DNA from: Sulfurospirillum sp.
Lineage (GTDB): Bacteria > Campylobacterota > Campylobacteria > Campylobacterales > Sulfurospirillaceae
DNA length: 64,000 nucleotides
NCBI GenBank assembly: GCA_045047115.1
Contig: JASFYR010000009.1
Location: forward strand, 103,599 to 167,598
Direction: 5' to 3'
Below, in pieces: positions 62,078 through 64,000 of the stretch (the stretch's first letter is position 1; every line of letters starts with the position of its first letter). Both the position numbers and the translations under genes were made by a program. Below the pieces are notes generated by a model, which was given only the letters and a program-made list of their open reading frames with translations, was not told where the DNA came from and made no database searches.

Positions 62078-62206
62078 ATTATGAGACCACTACACAAGAA
62101 TAACACCTGCAAAAGCCGGTCTTTGGGTGAGATTTGAAATATAAATTTTCACAAAAATCGGCACGCTGTTGGTTTTGAAGGACTAGTCGGTTAATTTGAA
62201 AAGATT

Positions 62207-62890
62207 TCATTGTCTTAATCCTTGTAATCTTTTTAAATTGAAGTGTGTAAACATTAGAAGCTGCAAAATATAGACAAATATACCAACAACAGGAATCAAA
62301 AACAAAGATGCCGATATGATGGTGATAATCATAATAGTTGGTTTGTTTGTATTTTGCAATGTGTTAAACTCATCTTTTGTGGCGTAAGTAGATATAGAAT
62401 CATAAAATGTTGGCTTTTTTATCAAAATTGACCACAAAATCAGATGAACAAATATATTTAAAACCGGCACAAACATTGCTGGAATAAAGATAATAAAGAG
62501 TACAAAAAATAGAATATTTTGCTTCAAAGAGATAAAAATACTCTCTATAATGCTTCCAAAACCTCTTTTTTCAAGATTGTAATATTTACTATTTATTTCA
62601 TCTACAATTTTATCTGCTATGATTCCTACTATCATGATAGAGGTAGTGATGAGTAATTCATAATATATTAGTATTCCACCAACGGTTTCAACCAAAGAGT
62701 GAACCCAGCTTTGATCACCTATAAAAGGGATATGAAATACTAAATATGAGACAAATTGGCTTATATTTGTGTGAAATACAAAAAATACAACTCCCCAGAA
62801 AATAGCTGCTGTGATGATAGGTATCAGTGAACTAAAAAGTATCTTTTTATTAAACAAATCTTTAAAAGATTTTAAAATTGTATCTATCAT
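62207..62890 (-). CDS. EI24/CysZ-like membrane protein
   Basis: Multi-TM; ADKIVDEINSKYY, IPVVG patterns; family call by eye. Confidence 0.6.
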   Translation of the reverse strand: MIDTILKSFKDLFNKKILFSSLIPIITAAIFWGVVFFVFHTNISQFVSYLVFHIPFIGDQSWVHSLVETVGGILIYYELLITTSIMIVGIIADKIVDEINSKYYNLEKRGFGSIIESIFISLKQNILFFVLFIIFIPAMFVPVLNIFVHLILWSILIKKPTFYDSISTYATKDEFNTLQNTNKPTIMIITIISASLFLIPVVGIFVYILQLLMFTHFNLKRLQGLRQ

Positions 62891-62899
62891 TATATCCTC

Positions 62900-63754
62900 C
62901 TAATTTAAATTTAGCACATCTTTGGCAGATTGAATGCTTTGCTCTATAAATCCCGGTGCTTTAACATCTACTTTGATAACTTTGTACTTTACATGTGAGC
63001 CATCTACTACAATCTTGACATAGTTATAAAAGCCACTGTTTTTATAACTTTTCAGTGGTGCTCCGGCACCTCCTGTGATGACAAACGGAGTCTTTTGCCA
63101 TTTGCCCTTGAAGTAAAAATGAATATGTGAACAAAAGAGCATGGTGACTCTGTATTTATCAAATATATCATTCAATTTTTTGGCTTCTTTTAGGCTTTTA
63201 AAACTGTGTCCTTTTGCATAATCTCCCTCTCTTGGGTCATATAGTGGAACATGTGTAAAGATAAATCTATTTGCATACTGCTGTGAGATTTTGAGTTGTT
63301 TTATTAACCATTTTTTCTGCTTTTTCTTTATGGTTTTATTAGAGCTATCAAGCACTATAAAGTAACTATTTCCATACGAAAAAGCAAAATGCGTTTTACC
63401 AAAAACTTTTTTATAGTTTGTTTCGCCGTCATACCAGGGAATCTCATGATTTCCTATAATAGAGAGCAGTGGTTTATTTGAAGTTTTTACCAGGCTTAAG
63501 TAGTTTGAAAATTCCTTCTTGTATCCATCTGGGACCAAATCTCCATTGTTTATAGAAAATGATATATTTTGATCAGCATTTACCAAAGAGATGATTTTTT
63601 TCAAAACATTGTCTCCATCACGATTGTCTCCCATAACCGCAAAAGAAAAACTCTCTTGGTTATGATTGCTAAGAGCTAAACTTTTAAGCATGTTTTGATT
63701 GTAAGATGATGCAAAAGTATATAGTGCTATACATAGTAAGAGTAATTTTTTCAT
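62900..63754 (-). CDS. Secreted calcineurin-like metallophosphoesterase
   Basis: Signal peptide; MGD, NGDL, GNHE, THVP, SHIH, ITGGAG. Confidence 0.88.
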   Translation of the reverse strand: MKKLLLLCIALYTFASSYNQNMLKSLALSNHNQESFSFAVMGDNRDGDNVLKKIISLVNADQNISFSINNGDLVPDGYKKEFSNYLSLVKTSNKPLLSIIGNHEIPWYDGETNYKKVFGKTHFAFSYGNSYFIVLDSSNKTIKKKQKKWLIKQLKISQQYANRFIFTHVPLYDPREGDYAKGHSFKSLKEAKKLNDIFDKYRVTMLFCSHIHFYFKGKWQKTPFVITGGAGAPLKSYKNSGFYNYVKIVVDGSHVKYKVIKVDVKAPGFIEQSIQSAKDVLNLN

Positions 63755-63782
63755 GATTTTCCTTTTTGATACATCGTTTAAA

Positions 63783-63819
63783 ATTATAGTGCTTAAAAAT
63801 GAAATAAAAATGAAATAAA
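63783..63819 (-). promoter_or_regulatory. 11-bp tandem repeat plus -10, pho-box-like
   Basis: Minus strand TTTCAT-N5-TTTCAT-N10-TATAAT. Confidence 0.5.
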
Positions 63820-63913
63820 CTATGATATTTAAAATTATTTCTTGTTGCCTGATGTTTTTTCACTTTTGTTTCATTTTGTTGTTTTAATATTTTATATACA
63901 AAAGGAGAAAAAC

Positions 63914-64000
63914 ATGACAAAGCCCATAAAAAGAAGAAATGCCCAAAAGTCAAAAAGGCTTATATTGGAAAGTGCAACCAAACTTTTTTCAGAAAAAGGA
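63914..64000 (+). CDS. 5' end of a TetR-family regulator (truncated by window)
   Basis: AAGGAG RBS; MTKPIKRRNAQKSKRLILESATKLFSEKG. Confidence 0.75.
   Translation, partial: MTKPIKRRNAQKSKRLILESATKLFSEKG

Noticed and set aside
63914..63927. ATGACAAAGCCCAT resembling the MITE/rnpB hairpin 15-mer
   Set aside because: One base short, no supporting stem, and it encodes the TetR N-terminus; likely chance.

Overview
AT-rich chromosomal window from a Campylobacterota (epsilonproteobacterial) bacterium, judged from gene order and protein style; probably a free-living Campylobacterales. It is mostly core genes: trmB end-ftsE-ftsX-envC-pyrH-rpoZ-spoT-tyrS-fabX-amiA; aspS-adk; psd; rpiB-apt-trpB-dedA-pepA-ychF; folD-lepB-S2P; purH; ABC-F; prmC; ftsAZ; bioA; rsmH; truD; and the RNase P RNA gene. 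An ~11 kb accessory block (about 21.0-31.9 kb) splits the usual folD-lepB-S2P-rpiB gene order. It carries a second, Zn-lid adenylate kinase, an intact IS110 element and a c-di-GMP/two-component/chemotaxis cluster. The main finding is the IS110 element, whose ends can be read from sequence. It is about 1476 bp, on the minus strand, with AGGAGT at both junctions and an inferred CT core. Circularisation would build a TTGACT-17-TATAAT promoter, and its ~180-nt left-end RNA has two loops matching the reconstructed target and donor. The target is a Shine-Dalgarno sequence (AAGGAG-TTC). The donor also carries GGAG, so insertion regenerates the RBS of the downstream REC-GGDEF-EAL gene while separating it from its putative native promoter. 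Other signals: a shared TGACAC-N5-TGACAC promoter box, a MITE-like inverted-repeat family whose hairpin recurs in an expanded P12 of RNase P RNA, a perfect 36-bp palindrome between patB and purH, two frameshifted yeeE/yedE genes next to a protein ending in MGC, and a pho-box-like repeat before a phosphoesterase/DedA-PAP2/dgkA cluster. I saw no tRNA, rRNA or CRISPR array. All calls are by eye; no searches or folding programs were run.
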